In this document: positions 62,723 to 64,000 of the stretch, one piece after another | How positions within the stretch are numbered: the first letter of the stretch is position 1 | How the letters are laid out: every line of letters begins with the position of its first letter | Assembly: GCF_902713615.1 (NCBI RefSeq) | Contig: NC_052147.1 | Location: 185,716,267-185,780,266, forward strand | Source of the DNA: Scyliorhinus canicula | Taxonomy: Eukaryota | Direction: 5' to 3' | DNA: 64,000 nt | Made by a program: the position numbers and the translations under genes | Notes under the pieces: generated by a model | Databases searched by the model: none | The model's input: only the letters and a program-made list of their open reading frames with translations | Told to the model about the DNA's origin: nothing

Positions 62723-64000
62723 AGTTACACACCACCGTGACTTGGGGCTTTATCGCTGTTGTTTCAATGTAATTTAGTTAAAAACCTGGTTCCTCCTTCA
62801 CAATAGCACATCTATACAGGTGTACCTGCAGCACATGGATATGGATGGCAGCGGTTGTAGAAGTTGGCTCATCATCACCATCTCAAGAGCAATTAGGGTG
62901 GACAATTAATTCTGGCCTTGCCAGAGACACTGATGTCCCAGTAACAAATTAATTTTGAAAAGGTGGATGCTAACATTTCTATAACAAGAACCATAGTTAA
63001 TATTCTGCCATATAAAGAAAAGTAACACCTGCTGCTTCGTTATGATTTTTTAAATTCAGCATGGTGGCCTCATGACTGTGAGTATTAATGTGATATCAAT
63101 TTTTGAAAAAAATCTTTGCAGTTTTCTGTTATGATCCTCAGTTAAGAGTACCCAAAGTAATTTAATGACGTATCTTTACACCGTAGAGATGGTCTTCTTA
63201 CAAGTCTGATAGATATTGGAATTCAGACCTCAGTATTGTCAAAACAGTACACATTGTACTATCCTCTTTCCTTATTAAGGAGAATTTCTAACACTTCTTT
63301 TGGACTTTTGAAACATTATTAAGGCAGTATCATTGTTATATTCCTTGCTCACACCACTTATTGAAACCTATTGAACACTGACATTAAAGGGTTGTAATGA
63401 AAGCATTAACCTATTAGACTGGCCGAGTGGCCTAAGACACCAGAATCAAGGAGTATAATGAAAGCATTTTCTGAAACTCACTGATCCTTCAACCTTTTGT
63501 ATTTATAATTGCAGCGAGAGGTGATGCTCATTATAGTGCAGAATACTCTGGCCAACTGACAGGGAAAACTGGAACACATTCACCAAACTTTCACCCATGT
63601 TCTTTCATAATGCTTTTATTAATGTTTGCCGAAATTCTAGGGTGAAATTTTGATCTTATTGCAAATATGTTTCCTATATTTGCCTGTAATTAAAAGCCCA
63701 CTTATGAAGCTACAACAAAAGGCAATTTTTAAATACATATATTGCATAAATTCTGAGAATGGTATGTAGTGAGCTAATTGATTCTATCTTCCCATTGTTC
63801 TCTAAAAGGGAAATTTAATTTCTTTTTCCATACAAAAGAAAATGAAGTTTGACTCATTTCATTGAATTTTTGACAAAGAAACAGAAAGTATTTATGAAAG
63901 ATGTTTTATGAAATGGATTTTCATAAGGCATATGATAAGATGCTGGATTAAAAGGCTTCTTATGAAAATGAAAGCATGTATTAACACAAATATAAATGCC

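Overview
Eukaryotic, repeat-dominated DNA, most likely from a cartilaginous fish (shark), inferred from the many HE1-type V-SINEs with CR1-like tails. I found no prokaryotic-type system, no CRISPR array and no recognisable intact host protein-coding gene. Nearly all long ORFs are decayed transposon genes or GC-rich shadow ORFs. Contents: (i) two decayed PIF/Harbinger DNA transposons plus Harbinger MITEs with 14-bp TIRs and 3-bp TSDs; (ii) many CR1-type LINE fragments and two L1-clade LINE copies; (iii) a near full-length Gypsy provirus (45701-54619) with a 5-bp TSD and multi-level nesting, an older decayed Gypsy, and four solo LTRs with 5-bp TSDs; (iv) at least five Penelope-like insertions, each carrying a minimal hammerhead-ribozyme motif and mostly in fold-back form; (v) three SINE head/tail combinations and a DeuSINE-like relic; (vi) a tRNA-Ser(GCT) copy with a damaged acceptor stem; (vii) a TE-free CpG-rich island at about 37.7-38.6 kb that looks like the promoter and first exon of a minus-strand host gene; (viii) a 100-N assembly gap. 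The most interesting observations are the hammerhead motifs, a localised A-to-G hypermutated tract in the young L1, a 43-bp minisatellite born from L1 ORF2 codons, and modular SINE head/tail shuffling. Family assignments come from motifs read by eye, not from database searches.
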